From positions 416,001 through 480,000 of the forward strand of contig CAVRCJ010000003.1 in the NCBI GenBank assembly GCA_963719515.1: DNA of 64,000 nt, read 5' to 3'. The notes under the pieces were generated by a model that had not been told where the DNA came from, searched no databases, and saw only the letters and a program-made list of their open reading frames with translations. Origin of the DNA: an uncultured cyanobacterium. Its GTDB lineage: Bacteria; Cyanobacteriota; Cyanobacteriia; CAKZMO01. The position numbers were made by a program, and so were the translations under genes. This document shows, one piece after another, positions 11,731 to 22,346 of the stretch (the stretch's first letter is position 1; the number at the start of each line of letters is the position of its first letter).

Positions 11731-14700
11731 TTAAGCCGCAATGGTGTTGAAGTCCCCGGCGGTCAAACTCGTGTTGTTGATCACCACCGCCAGCGTCTCA
11801 TCACCAAAGACGATTTCAGTGTTGCGGCCGCTGACGTTGAGGCCAAGCTGAGCGAAGCTGATGTCTTCCAGCAGGAAGCGATCGTTGCCCTGAGCGTCAA
11901 AGCGGAAGACCGTATCGGTTCCATCGCCGGCCCTAAGCACAACACGGTCATTGTCAGCACCCGTGCGGATGATGTCATTAGCTACGCCGCCATCGAGGCG
12001 ATCGTTGCCCGCACCTGCCCGGAGCGTGTCGCGGCCCACGCCGCCAAACAGACGATCATTGCCCTGACCGCCAAGCAGCAGGTCGCTGCCCGCGCTGCCG
12101 CGTAGGACATCGTTCCCCTTACCCCCTCGAAGGATATCGTCGTTGGCGCCGCCGTTGAGGCGATCGTTTCCTTTGCCGCCAACTAGGATGTCGTCGCCCA
12201 GGTTGCCGCGCAGGACGTCACGGCCCCCGTTGCCGCGCAGATTATCGTTCCCATCGCGACCAATCACGCGATCGCTGCCGGCGAGCCCGCGCAGGACGTC
12301 ATCGCCGTCGCCACCGTTGAGGGTATCGTCACCGCGACCGCCAAAGATGCTGTCGTTGCCCCCTAGGCCGAAGATGACGTCGTCGCCGTTGTTGCCCCGC
12401 AGCGTATCGTCGCCCTCGGTGCCGAAGATGGTATCGTCGCCCAAAGTGCCCATCCCTGTACCAGCGACAGGGGCAGCCGTAGACGTCAGACCGATTACGT
12501 CTATTCCGTCAATGCCGCCAATCATGCCCAGGCTGTTTGCCACGCCCGTATCCAAGTTGATGGAATAGAGCGTCGAGTTCGATACGGCGAAACCCGTATT
12601 ATTCCCCTCTCCAGCAGTGACAATGTCAAAACCCCCCAGGTCATCAAAGTCGATGCCCAGGCCACCTACGGTGACGAGCGTACCGTCGTTGGGCGGGTTT
12701 TGCTCTAGCAGCACATCTAGCTCAGAGTCGATGTCATACAACTCCGTGGTGCTGGGGTTAGCGATCGCGTTGGTGTAGGCCGCTGCCGTAACGGTGGGGT
12801 CTGTGCCCTGGTTAGCGTCACCCGGCGCGAAAGCCAGGTCGCCATCGACGGTGACCTCGCCCGTATCGACGTTGATGCGGAAATCCTGGTCGTTCGCGCC
12901 CACCAACCGCAGTCGGTCTGCCACCGGGTTGAAGTCAAAGCCGGATACGGTGCCGCCGTTGAAGGGGGTATCCAGCGTGCTGATGAAGGTGGCCGCGCCG
13001 GTGGTAATGTCGATGGTGTAAACATCGTTAGTGGTGCTGATGCCGTAGACCAGTCCGTTAGACGGGCGGGTATCGATGCCAATCAGGGTACCGTTGACGC
13101 CGGTGACGGCGGTGGTCACCGAGCTGCCAACGCGGTTGGCGGCGAAGGTCACCAGCGTGTTGTTTTCCGCCAGCGCCGTGAACTGAGTGTTCAGGTTCAG
13201 CACGGGCGCATCCGGCAGGGCGGTAAACCCAGCTAGATTTGTGCTAGATCCATCGCCGATCTGACCTTGGGCAGTGGCGGCGCCGGTCTGCAGGTCAACC
13301 GAGTAAAGGGTGGAATTGGAGACCGCAAAAGCGGCGTTGTTCCCCTCCGCTGCGGTGACGATGTCAAAGCCGCTGAGGGTGTCAAAGTCTACGCCCAGGC
13401 TCCCTACCGTCAGCAGCGTTCCGTCGTTGGGAGGGCTTTGCAGCAGCAGCGTATCGAGATCTGAGTCGATGTCGTAGAGCTGAGTCGTGGTCGGGTCGGC
13501 GATCGCGTTGGTGTAAGCCGCCGCTGTAACCGTAGGATCGGTCCCTTGGTTGGCGTCGCCCGCAGCAAAGGCCAGGTCACCATCGACGGTCACCGCGCCG
13601 GTGTCCACATTGATGCGGAAGTCTTGGTCATTCGCACCTACCAGCCGCAGCCGGTCTGCTACCGGGTTAAAGTCAAAGCCGGAAGCGGTGTCACCCTGAA
13701 AAGGCTGGGACAGCGTGCTGATGAACGTCGCAACGCCGCTGGTGGGGTCAATGATATAAATGCTGCTGTTGGTGGTAATGCCGTACACCAGGCCGTTGGC
13801 AGGACGAACGTCAATCCCCAGCAAGTCTCCGTCTAAACCCGTTACCGATGTCGAGGTTACGTCGTCAGCGCTATCGCCATCGAATACCTGCAGCACGTTG
13901 TCATCGGTCAGCGCCACGAAGCGAGTTCCGGCTGCTGTGGGAGGAACCAAAGTGCCCACCGTAGAGGTCAGACCGAGGATATCTAGGCCGCCGGCTGACC
14001 CGATTGCGCCGATGCTGGTAGCGGCCCCAGTCTCAAGGTCAATCGAATACAGCGTTGAGTCGGAGACCGCAAAAGCCGTGTTGTTGCCTTCAGCCGCTGA
14101 CACAATATCGAAGCCGCCGACGGTGTCGAAGTCTATGCCCAAATCGCCGAGGGTGATCAGCGTCCCGTCGTTGGGTGGGTTCTGCAGCAGCAGCGCGTCG
14201 AGCTGAGCGTCGATATCGTAGAGCTGGGTGGTGGAAGGGTCGGCGATCGCGTTGGTATAAGCAGCTGCTGTGACGTTGGGGTCTGCGCCCTGGTTAGCGT
14301 CACCTAGGGCAAACGCTAAGTTGCCGTCGACAGTCACTTCTCCGGTGTCGACATTGATGCGGAAGTCCTGGTCATTCGCGCCCACGAGCCGCAGTCGGTC
14401 GGCCACAGGGTTGAAGTCGAAGCCAGAGATTGTGCCCCCCAAGAAAGGCTGGTCTAGGGTGCTGACAAAGGTGGCGGCCCCTGAAGTGGTGTCGATGGTG
14501 TAGAGGCTGTTTGCATCGGTGATGCCATAGACCAATCCGTTGGACGGACGGGTATCGATGCCCAGCAGAGTACCGTTGAGGCCAGTCACGGCGGTAACCG
14601 TCGCAGCCTCGGGGGTAATGGATGAGAAAGAAATCAGGGTATTATTGCTGGCCAGAGCGGTGAACTGAGCGCTGATTGGCGCATTTGCTGCTGCCTGAAT

Positions 14701-15414
14701 CGTACCAGCCGCAACGGGGGCCGTGATGCGAAAGGATTCGCCATTGCCTAGATCTACTCCCGGAGGTGCACTGCCCATGGCCGAAGCGTCAATCGCGTTT
14801 GAGATTTCGGTTGGAATCGTCAAGCCGTGAATGACAATTTCGCGGGCGTCTAGCGGCATCAGATTGTTAAACTGGCGCGCTTGGTCAGGGTCAGTGAGGT
14901 CGAAGGTGTAGGTGGTGTCGAGAACGAACTCAGTGCCAGAGGGAAACAGCTCGGCGGGATTGATCTCGCCAGCGGTCGCTAGATTGAGAAAATTAGCTAG
15001 GGGAGGCACCCCCTCAGGCGCTGCGGGGAGCTGCTCGGAGGTAAGATTGAGCACCACTGGGCCGTAGTTGGGACGACCTTCCAGGAAATTCACAAAGCCG
15101 TCGCCATCGACATCGCTGTCGGCGAGGGTCGGCAAAATTGAGTTGGCTGGAATCCCCCCGGTGCCGTCGAAGAAGGTGCCGTCGCCTTGGTTTAGGATTG
15201 GGCGGCTGGCGTTGCCTTCAAATTGACCGTGAATGTGGGCGACGTGGATGCCACCGATGCCGGTGAGATCTTCTAAACCACTGACATCAATCTGCACTCG
15301 AACCGTGCGTGTTGTTGCGGTAGGAGATTCTAGGGTCACGGTAGCTGCGCCTGAGGCGGCTGAGCCAAAGGGATCAGCGGCGTTGAGGACGCGAACGTCT
15401 GAGGTGAATTTCAT
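11731..15414 (-). CDS. large secreted protein: CHRD-like N-domain, 3 DUF4394-like domains, RTX repeats
   Basis: HVAHIHG motif; three ~250-aa repeats containing GIDTRPSNGLVYG, GFDFNPVADRLRLVG and AAAYTN; C-terminal GGxGxD repeats. Confidence 0.88.
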   Translation of the reverse strand: MKFTSDVRVLNAADPFGSAASGAATVTLESPTATTRTVRVQIDVSGLEDLTGIGGIHVAHIHGQFEGNASRPILNQGDGTFFDGTGGIPANSILPTLADSDVDGDGFVNFLEGRPNYGPVVLNLTSEQLPAAPEGVPPLANFLNLATAGEINPAELFPSGTEFVLDTTYTFDLTDPDQARQFNNLMPLDAREIVIHGLTIPTEISNAIDASAMGSAPPGVDLGNGESFRITAPVAAGTIQAAANAPISAQFTALASNNTLISFSSITPEAATVTAVTGLNGTLLGIDTRPSNGLVYGITDANSLYTIDTTSGAATFVSTLDQPFLGGTISGFDFNPVADRLRLVGANDQDFRINVDTGEVTVDGNLAFALGDANQGADPNVTAAAYTNAIADPSTTQLYDIDAQLDALLLQNPPNDGTLITLGDLGIDFDTVGGFDIVSAAEGNNTAFAVSDSTLYSIDLETGAATSIGAIGSAGGLDILGLTSTVGTLVPPTAAGTRFVALTDDNVLQVFDGDSADDVTSTSVTGLDGDLLGIDVRPANGLVYGITTNSSIYIIDPTSGVATFISTLSQPFQGDTASGFDFNPVADRLRLVGANDQDFRINVDTGAVTVDGDLAFAAGDANQGTDPTVTAAAYTNAIADPTTTQLYDIDSDLDTLLLQSPPNDGTLLTVGSLGVDFDTLSGFDIVTAAEGNNAAFAVSNSTLYSVDLQTGAATAQGQIGDGSSTNLAGFTALPDAPVLNLNTQFTALAENNTLVTFAANRVGSSVTTAVTGVNGTLIGIDTRPSNGLVYGISTTNDVYTIDITTGAATFISTLDTPFNGGTVSGFDFNPVADRLRLVGANDQDFRINVDTGEVTVDGDLAFAPGDANQGTDPTVTAAAYTNAIANPSTTELYDIDSELDVLLEQNPPNDGTLVTVGGLGIDFDDLGGFDIVTAGEGNNTGFAVSNSTLYSINLDTGVANSLGMIGGIDGIDVIGLTSTAAPVAGTGMGTLGDDTIFGTEGDDTLRGNNGDDVIFGLGGNDSIFGGRGDDTLNGGDGDDVLRGLAGSDRVIGRDGNDNLRGNGGRDVLRGNLGDDILVGGKGNDRLNGGANDDILRGGKGNDVLRGSAGSDLLLGGQGNDRLFGGVGRDTLRAGAGNDRLDGGVANDIIRTGADNDRVVLRAGDGTDTVFRFDAQGNDRFLLEDISFAQLGLNVSGRNTEIVFGDETLAVVINNTSLTAGDFNTIAA

Positions 15415-15448
15415 GGTTTTGTATCATTGATGACAAGACTACACTTAG

Positions 15449-15474
15449 TACGAGGGCTGTCAGTACTTGGATCT
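15449..15474 (-). promoter_or_regulatory. putative ECF sigma promoter
   Basis: minus strand AGATCC-N16-CGTA about 35 nt upstream of the ATG at 15414. Confidence 0.5.
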
Positions 15475-15887
15475 ATCCCTGAGGACATAGATTGAGGTCT
15501 GACCTGGGTGAGTTCACGATGTGCCAATTCTCTGTAACGTTGTCAGTACCAAGGCTTTCGCCTAAAAATATGCCTGAATGTATTGAGTTAATAAGTTTCA
15601 ATAAAGACGTTTCGACGCTGCTCTGTTTGGCCTGTCATCAGACCTTCATAGGCTCCAAAAAGCGGTGCGACCGATGGGAATTTGAAACAGCGGCGGTAGA
15701 TCCGCCGGCTAGGTGGGTTCCGGCCCAAAGCCCCGCTCTGAGTTCAGCAGCCCGCTGCGCTGAAGCCGGCGGAAATTAGACGACCAGATTGCTGTTGGCC
15801 CAGGTTGCGCTAGGTGGGGGAATTGACCCCTTGCTATCCGCAAGGCATTATTCCGTAATAGAGGAAAGCCTTTCACCTGCCGGAACC

Positions 15888-17780
15888 ATGACCACCCCCA
15901 TCGAAGCCGAGCTGCCCCGCGCTCTTGCCCAGGCTAGCCTCACTCCCCGAGGCCGCATTCACCCCAGCCCCGCCACTTGGCGCGACCAGGTGCTCTACTT
16001 CCTGCTGCCCGATCGCTTCAGCGACGGTAAAGAAGGCGATCGCACCCTCTACAGCCCGCAGGCCCAAAATTCAAAGTGTGATGCACCCGCTGACTGGGCC
16101 GCCTCAGGCAAGATCTTTCAGGGGGGCACCCTCAACGGTATCCGCAGCAAGCTCGACTACCTACAAACCCTGGGGGTGACGACCCTGTGGATTGGCCCAA
16201 TTTGGCGGCAGCGGCGCGACAGCCAGACGTCTTACCACGGCTACGGCATCCAAAACTTCTTAGATGTCGACCCCCGCTTTGGCACCCGGCAGGACCTGCG
16301 CGACCTGGTGGACGCCGCCCACGATCGCGGCATGTATGTGCTGCTGGATATTATCTATAACCACAGCGGCAACAACTTCTTTTACGAGCAGGGCGGTGAG
16401 CCCAAAGAGACGCTGGACTACCGCGCTGGGGAGCCCTACCCCGTCTACGGCTGGCGGTCTAAAACGGGGGAGCCACTGCCGTCTAAGCCCCAGGACATTG
16501 ACGATGGGGTCTGGCCGCGCGAGTTTCAAAATCTTGACTGGTACACCCGCGCCGGAAAAATCATTAACTGGGATGTGGAGGTTTGGGAAGACCCCATGCA
16601 CCCCAGCGTTGAGTTTCGTCGGGGTGACTTCTTTGAGCTTAAGGACATCGACCTGACGCAGGAAGACGCCCTCAACGCCCTGATTCAGGTCTATCAATAT
16701 TGGATTGCCCTCAGCGACTGCGACGGCTTTCGCATCGACACGGTGAAGCACCTGCCGTGGGAAGCCTCCCGCAACTTTTGCGGCGGCATCTCCGAGTTTG
16801 CGGAATCCATTGGCAAAGAGAACTTTTTGCTGCTGGGGGAGGTGACCGGCGGCGCGCAGATTGCCCGCAGCTATATCGAGATTTTTGGCCGCAACCTCGA
16901 CGCAGTGCTGGATATCGGTGAGCCGACGCTGCGGCTGGCTAACTTCGTTAAAGGCCAAATTCCGGCCAAGGAGTTCTTCGCGCAGTTTGGCGGCCACGAT
17001 GAGCTGGGCAACCACCGCCAGCTGGGGCGCTACCACGTCTCCATTCTTGATGACCACGATATGGTGGGGCGGCCCCGCAAGGCCCGCTTTGCCGCCGACA
17101 ACCCCATCGACACCCTCCCGCAGCAGGCCGCCCACGCCGTCGGCGTGATGCTGATGACGCTCGGCATTCCCTGCATTTACTACGGCACTGAGCAGGGGTT
17201 TGACGGTTCAGATCGCCTCAGCGTTCAGCAGGCGGCGGACGATGAATACTACGAAGACCGCTACGTGCGCGAGTCCATGTTTGGCGGCACCGCCTACGGC
17301 GATCGCGTCCCCTTTGGCGCGTTTCAAACCTCGGGCTACCATTTCTTCAACCCCAACCATCCCACCTACCGCCACATTGCGGCGCTCGCCCAAATCCGTA
17401 ACGCTGACGACGCGGTGGGGCTAGCCCTGCGGCGGGGGCGGCAATACCTGCGGACCATTCGCACCGATGCCGATGGGGCTTTCCGAGACTCTGAGGCGGG
17501 GGCGATCGCGGCCTGGTCTCGGCTGCTGTTTCGGCAGGAGGTGCTGGTGGTGTTTAATACCCACGCTACCGAAGCGCGGCAGGCGGATGTGATGGTGGAT
17601 TTCACGATGACGCCCCCCGGCTCTCGGTTAACCTATCGCTATCGCAGTGATGCGCTGGAGGCTGGTGCGCCGGGGCAGGCTAATGCGCAGCCCGATGGGG
17701 TGACGGTGCAAGAAGTAGACGGGACGGCGTTTGTGTCGGTGGCGCTGCCGGCGGCGGGGATGGCGATTTTGGCGTTGTGA
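15888..17780 (+). CDS. alpha-amylase family glycosyl hydrolase (GH13)
   Basis: YFLLPDRFSDG, SYHGY, DIIYNH, DGFRIDTVKH, GEV and DDHD motifs; ATG at 15888. Confidence 0.93.
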   Translation: MTTPIEAELPRALAQASLTPRGRIHPSPATWRDQVLYFLLPDRFSDGKEGDRTLYSPQAQNSKCDAPADWAASGKIFQGGTLNGIRSKLDYLQTLGVTTLWIGPIWRQRRDSQTSYHGYGIQNFLDVDPRFGTRQDLRDLVDAAHDRGMYVLLDIIYNHSGNNFFYEQGGEPKETLDYRAGEPYPVYGWRSKTGEPLPSKPQDIDDGVWPREFQNLDWYTRAGKIINWDVEVWEDPMHPSVEFRRGDFFELKDIDLTQEDALNALIQVYQYWIALSDCDGFRIDTVKHLPWEASRNFCGGISEFAESIGKENFLLLGEVTGGAQIARSYIEIFGRNLDAVLDIGEPTLRLANFVKGQIPAKEFFAQFGGHDELGNHRQLGRYHVSILDDHDMVGRPRKARFAADNPIDTLPQQAAHAVGVMLMTLGIPCIYYGTEQGFDGSDRLSVQQAADDEYYEDRYVRESMFGGTAYGDRVPFGAFQTSGYHFFNPNHPTYRHIAALAQIRNADDAVGLALRRGRQYLRTIRTDADGAFRDSEAGAIAAWSRLLFRQEVLVVFNTHATEARQADVMVDFTMTPPGSRLTYRYRSDALEAGAPGQANAQPDGVTVQEVDGTAFVSVALPAAGMAILAL

Positions 17781-19013
17781 GGGGGGTAGCGGTGAGTCGG
17801 TCGGCCTAGAATGATTGAGAGGCTGTTTGAAAAGTAGCAGAAGCTCTACATTACCCCCTCTAACGCCCCCTTACCAAGCTATCCTTTAGGCAAAAGTCGC
17901 TCAAATGCTCTTTTGGTCTAGCCTCTGGAGGCGAGTTGTGCCCCTTCAAGCATACTATGCAGCTTGGTCAGCCCTCGCCAAAGGGTCTTCACCCCAGGGT
18001 GGCGATCGCCCCTGCGAGCCAAGAAACCACCTAGCCGAGCAATCCACACCAGTGCTTGCTTGAGGGTGGGCGGTTTCTTCGAGCGGCTCTTGGGAGAGAA
18101 CTTGCGCCGCAAAAGCCGCCACTCAGGTTTTTGCAAGACTATCTCGCATGAGTCATCTGGGGTGAGGCGAGCACGGTAGGTGAGCCACATCAGCCGCCAA
18201 GCGACAATCGAGTAGGTGGCGAGCGCCTTACGCAATCGAAAAGCGCTCTCAAGCTGTAGTTCTTCAATGCCGCAGCCACTTTTGAGGGTGAAGTGGAAGC
18301 GCTCAATCAGCCAGCGATAGCTGTACCATCTGACGCAGGTGAGCACCTGCTCAAACGAGGCGATGGCGAGCGTCGTCAGCAGCAACCAGCGGATAGGCTT
18401 ACCACCATCATCTGGCGACAGATGCTCGTCTACTAGAATGACGCCCAGCGTCACGGGTTCGAGGCCAGAGGATTTTGGGTGCTTGCTTGGCACCTCAAGG
18501 GTCACCTCCATTGCCCGCACCTGCAAGTGCGCCGTGCGGGCTTTGCGCTTCGGATTGCGATGCACCTGCAGAGTGAATTCTCCCAGCACAGCGGCTTGCT
18601 CGATGGTGGGTACCAGGTAACCTAAATCATGCTGCACCTTGCGGTTGTGCTCTGCTCGAATCAATAGCTCACTGCCCGCTGCGCGCGGCTGGGCAAACAG
18701 CTCGAAGATGTCCGCCTCCCTATCGCCCACATGCACCGTCTGCGCCACTCCAGCGAGTGCGGCTTCCGCGGCTTTGGCCCCTTTGAGCCATCGGTAGCTT
18801 TCCTTCTTCGCTATCGGCGTTTTGTGGCGGCTCTGCTTTTTCCCGCTACGCTTCTTTCGGCTCCAGCAGTACTGATGCAGCATCCTAGGGGCTCACCTTC
18901 GCCGCTCACAGCAAAGCAGTTGTGTACCTTTATCCCCAGATTCTCGCTCTGGTTGGTGAACCCTAACCCGGTTGTCTTCGGCCGCGTTGCGTAGCTTAAG
19001 TCCGCCGTGTCCT

Positions 19014-20433
19014 CAGCAATTCTCAGTTTGGCGAAAGGGTAGCGATGGTTGAGGGATTAGGAGTAGTGTGATGACATCGAGACGCAGCTGAGCGTGACGC
19101 TGATTGAAGCAACCAGGCAAATTTGACGCCATCGTAAGCTACTTCCGCCAAGTGCTGGCAACGCTACCGGACCAGCGCAGGGGGAGCAATAGTCGATATG
19201 GGATGGAAGATGCAGCGCTGAGCGCGTTCAGCGTGTTCTTCACTCAGACGCCATCGTTTCTAGCGTATCAGCGGGCAATGGAGGGGAACAAGGGCAGTAG
19301 TAATGCTCAAAGCCTGTTCGGGGTGCATCAGATACCGAGCGACAACCAGGTTCGCAGCTTGCTCGATGGGGTGAGTCCGAGCTGCCTTTTGGCGGTGTTT
19401 GAGCACATCATAGCGGTGCTAGAGGAGAGCGGGCATCTAGAGGGGATGCGCTCGGTGGGCGGGACGGTGCTGATAGCGCTAGACGGCACGGAGTATTTCA
19501 GCTCCAAGAAGATCCACTGCCCAGCATGCTCAACGCGAGCGCTCAAGAATGGGCAGACCCACTACTTCCACAGCGTAGTGACGCCAGTGGTAGTTTGCCC
19601 TGGGCGCAGCGAGGTGCTGCCGCTGATGCCAGAGTTTGTGGTGCCGCAGGATGGTCATGACAAGCAAGACTGCGAGAGTGCAGCAGCAAAGCGCTGGCTG
19701 CTGGGTCATGGCGCACGCTACAGCGCCTGGAATACAACGCTGCTGGGCGATGACCTCTATTGCCGCCAGCCCCTAGTCAAGCTACTGCAAGAGCAACAGT
19801 TCAACTTCATCTTCACCTGCCGCCCTGAGTCTCACACCACGCTCTACGAGCATCTAGAGGGTATCGAGATACCGACAGTCGTCACCCAGCGCTGGACCGG
19901 CAAGATGCAGGAGACTTACACCTACCGCTACCTCAATGGGGTGCCGCTGATTGACCACAAGGACGCCCTGAGCGTCAACTGGTGTGAGCTGACGGTGACT
20001 CGCCCTGACGGCCAGGTCCTCTACAAGAACGCTTTTGCCACCAATCACGCCATTACTGACGGCACCGTCGCTGAGCTAGTGCAGGCCGCTCGCTCCCGCT
20101 GGAAGATTGAGAACGAGAACAACAACACGCTCAAAACCAAGGGCTACAACCTAGAGCACAACTTCGGCCACGGCCAGCAGCATCTGGCCTCCTTCTTGTT
20201 GACCCTCAATGTCCTAGCGCTACTATTCCACACCCTGCTGGAGTTGCTCGATACTAAGTACAAGTTGCTCAGGACGCATCTAAGCGCCCGTAAGACCTTT
20301 TTTGATGACTTGCGGGCACTGACCCGCTACATGTATTTCGACAGTTGGGACCATCTACTCACCTTCATGCTCGACGGTCTAGAGCTAGAGATACCGCCCG
20401 ACACCAGCTGATTTCCTAAACTGAGAATTGCTG
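19014..20433 (+). mobile_element. ISNCY-type insertion sequence
   Basis: perfect 16-bp IR CAGCAATTCTCAGTTT; 9-bp TSD CCGTGTCCT at 19005-13 and 20434-42. Confidence 0.93.
19104..20411 (+). CDS. DDE transposase (ISNCY / ISAs1-like)
   Basis: IALDGTEYF, GDDLYC and RSRWKIENE motifs; fills the IS. Confidence 0.9.
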   Translation: MKQPGKFDAIVSYFRQVLATLPDQRRGSNSRYGMEDAALSAFSVFFTQTPSFLAYQRAMEGNKGSSNAQSLFGVHQIPSDNQVRSLLDGVSPSCLLAVFEHIIAVLEESGHLEGMRSVGGTVLIALDGTEYFSSKKIHCPACSTRALKNGQTHYFHSVVTPVVVCPGRSEVLPLMPEFVVPQDGHDKQDCESAAAKRWLLGHGARYSAWNTTLLGDDLYCRQPLVKLLQEQQFNFIFTCRPESHTTLYEHLEGIEIPTVVTQRWTGKMQETYTYRYLNGVPLIDHKDALSVNWCELTVTRPDGQVLYKNAFATNHAITDGTVAELVQAARSRWKIENENNNTLKTKGYNLEHNFGHGQQHLASFLLTLNVLALLFHTLLELLDTKYKLLRTHLSARKTFFDDLRALTRYMYFDSWDHLLTFMLDGLELEIPPDTS

Positions 20434-20956
20434 CCGTGTCCTGTATCGCCAACACCGTTTGGCATTCTTGTGCCCGTTTTACTACCCCATCCCGATGACT
20501 TGATAGTATTGCCCGCGGCTTCACCTTCGTGTTTGACCAAAATCGATAGATGTTCTGCGCCTCGCTCGCTGTGCCGCTTGCCTCCGGTACAATTGCAGTC
20601 GGTTGCTCTGCTAGCGTCCTGAGCACTGCTTTGAGACGTTTGGCGTGGCGCAAGTCACCGAAGTGAGCGCAATTGATTTCTCAGCTAGCCCAATCTTGCA
20701 TCGTGCTGCTGTCCCTGCGATAGTGAGTATTATTAATTCTCTCGCAACAACCCCCTCTATCCCCCTCCCAGCAACACTCCTACACACTTCTGTGTAATGG
20801 ATAGCTTACCAAGGGGGAGAATTGCGGTTTTCCCCCCTTGGCTTTCGCGCAGCGCGTCCTACGGACGCAGGGGGACTAAGGGGAGTGAAGCCAGAGCGTA
20901 AGGCTTTACTCAACATTTCTCAAGCGCCCCCTGAAAGCAAATAGGCCAATGTAGCG

Positions 20957-21577
20957 ATGGTTCTTCTCAATGACTGGTCCAATCGATTGTCGCTGGACGA
21001 CCCGGAAGAGCGGCGCGTTTTGAGTCTGGTCTCTTGGTCACAGTACGAGACGCTGCTTGCTGACCTGGGAGACGCCTCTTCCTACCGGGTGTCTTTTTTA
21101 GATGGCGTGTTGGAAATTTTGGCTCCCAGTCGAAAACACGAGAGCGACAAAACTCGAATTGGAGCGCTTCTAGAACTCTATTTTCTCGAAACCGACACCG
21201 AGTACTTTCCCATGGGGTCAACGACCCTAAGGCAGCCAGAGAAAGCTGGTGGGGAGCCCGATGAGAGCTACTGCATCGGCAGCGATAAGGCTGTCCCGGA
21301 TTTGGCGATTGAAGTGGTTGTGACCAGCGGCAGCATTGACCGGCTAGCGCTCTATCGCCGCTTGGGGGTGCAGGAAGTGTGGATTTGGCAAGGCAGCCTG
21401 TCGATCTACTATCTCCGCGAGGCTAACCCCAGTCAATTTGCGGAGACGGCGGGGTATGAACCGATTGTTCGAAGCGAGCTGCTTCCGAGTTTGGATATCG
21501 ATTTGCTGACGCGCTGTCTGCAGATTTCTAGTCCCCTGATGGCGGTGAAAGCGTTTCGGCAAGGGATGTTGAGCTGA
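20957..21577 (+). CDS. Uma2 family endonuclease
   Basis: GEPDESYC, PDLAIEVVVTSG and YRRLGVQEVWIW motifs. Confidence 0.92.
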   Translation: MVLLNDWSNRLSLDDPEERRVLSLVSWSQYETLLADLGDASSYRVSFLDGVLEILAPSRKHESDKTRIGALLELYFLETDTEYFPMGSTTLRQPEKAGGEPDESYCIGSDKAVPDLAIEVVVTSGSIDRLALYRRLGVQEVWIWQGSLSIYYLREANPSQFAETAGYEPIVRSELLPSLDIDLLTRCLQISSPLMAVKAFRQGMLS

Positions 21578-21595
21578 GCGGCGATCGCGGGAGAA

Positions 21596-22243
21596 CTAAA
21601 GAACTGTGCGTCTTATTACCGAAGATCTACCGTCAGCATGAGGAGCGACAGGCTCTCCTGTTGCTGCTGGGCTAAGGGGCCGGATCTTGGATAAGAGTTC
21701 CAACACGCTCTCTACACCGACTTCGCAATCGCACCCCGTTGACACCTGCAGCAGTTGGTCAGAACCGGGAACTTTGCCTAGGAAAACAGCACCCCATCCA
21801 TCCGGGTATGCCGCAACGTAGCCATCTAGGCCGTTCTGCTGATAAACCATCATGTCAGCGCTGGAACTATTTCCCGCAATTTCAGATATTTGCGCCCTAA
21901 GGCTCATAGAGGACGCTGGGGCAACTTGTTGAATCTCCTCAAAGTAATACCCATGGTAGGCTACTCCTCCACTAGCAAGACATTGAAACCACCGATATAC
22001 GTTGGGAGGCATCACCTGAACAGAACCGTCCTCAAACTTCATAGTTCGATAATTTTCTGGAATGGTGACTGAAATGCCAAATTCAGGTATTTCAGCAACG
22101 CGTGTTGTGTTGGCGGGATCTTCTGAGCCTTCAGAAATGTCACAGATCCGTTCCGACTGTGCCTGCACAGGGATAGGAGCTAGAGTACTGGTGAGAAGAA
22201 CGGCAACTGTCCAGGAGGCAAGCGACTGGAATTTGGTAGTCAT
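21596..22243 (-). CDS. hypothetical secreted protein
   Basis: ORF 21596-22312; likely start MTTKFQ followed by a signal peptide ending VQA. Confidence 0.7.
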   Translation of the reverse strand: MTTKFQSLASWTVAVLLTSTLAPIPVQAQSERICDISEGSEDPANTTRVAEIPEFGISVTIPENYRTMKFEDGSVQVMPPNVYRWFQCLASGGVAYHGYYFEEIQQVAPASSMSLRAQISEIAGNSSSADMMVYQQNGLDGYVAAYPDGWGAVFLGKVPGSDQLLQVSTGCDCEVGVESVLELLSKIRPLSPAATGEPVAPHADGRSSVIRRTVL

Positions 22244-22346
22244 AGCTTTTTTTGATGATGCTTGATCGTGTGAGGCTAGCTCGGCTTGGTTTTTGACTAT
22301 GAGCTTGAGCATGGCGGGGGTGTCCGAGCATGCTCATCTTCGTTGA

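Larger units (their letters stand above)
17918..20701 (-). pseudogene. IS4/IS50-like transposase pseudogene
   Basis: N-part MQDWAS*EINCAHFGDLRHAKRL...IQDT has TGA at codon 7; ISNCY inserted at QDT; 1-bp shift near 18885; C-part has DREAD, YSYRWLIERFHFTLKSGC and ARLGGFL. Confidence 0.9.
17879..20804 (-). mobile_element. IS4-family (IS50/Tn5-like) element, interrupted
   Basis: 19-bp IRs CTATCCTTTAGGCAAAAGT and CTATCCATTACACAGAAGT; 9-bp TSD CTTACCAAG at 17870-78 and 20805-13. Confidence 0.93.
17819..20931. mobile_element. MITE (TIR GAGGCTGTTTGAAAAG) split by the IS4 insertion
   Basis: left TIR at 17819; degenerate right TIR ending at 20931; TGA on both sides (17816-18, 20932-34); colinear with the inverted copy at 43769-43970. 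Confidence 0.7.

Noticed and set aside
16260..17135. 291-aa antisense ORF and similar shadow ORFs throughout the window
   Set aside because: They lie opposite well-supported genes and are expected from GC-rich codon bias.
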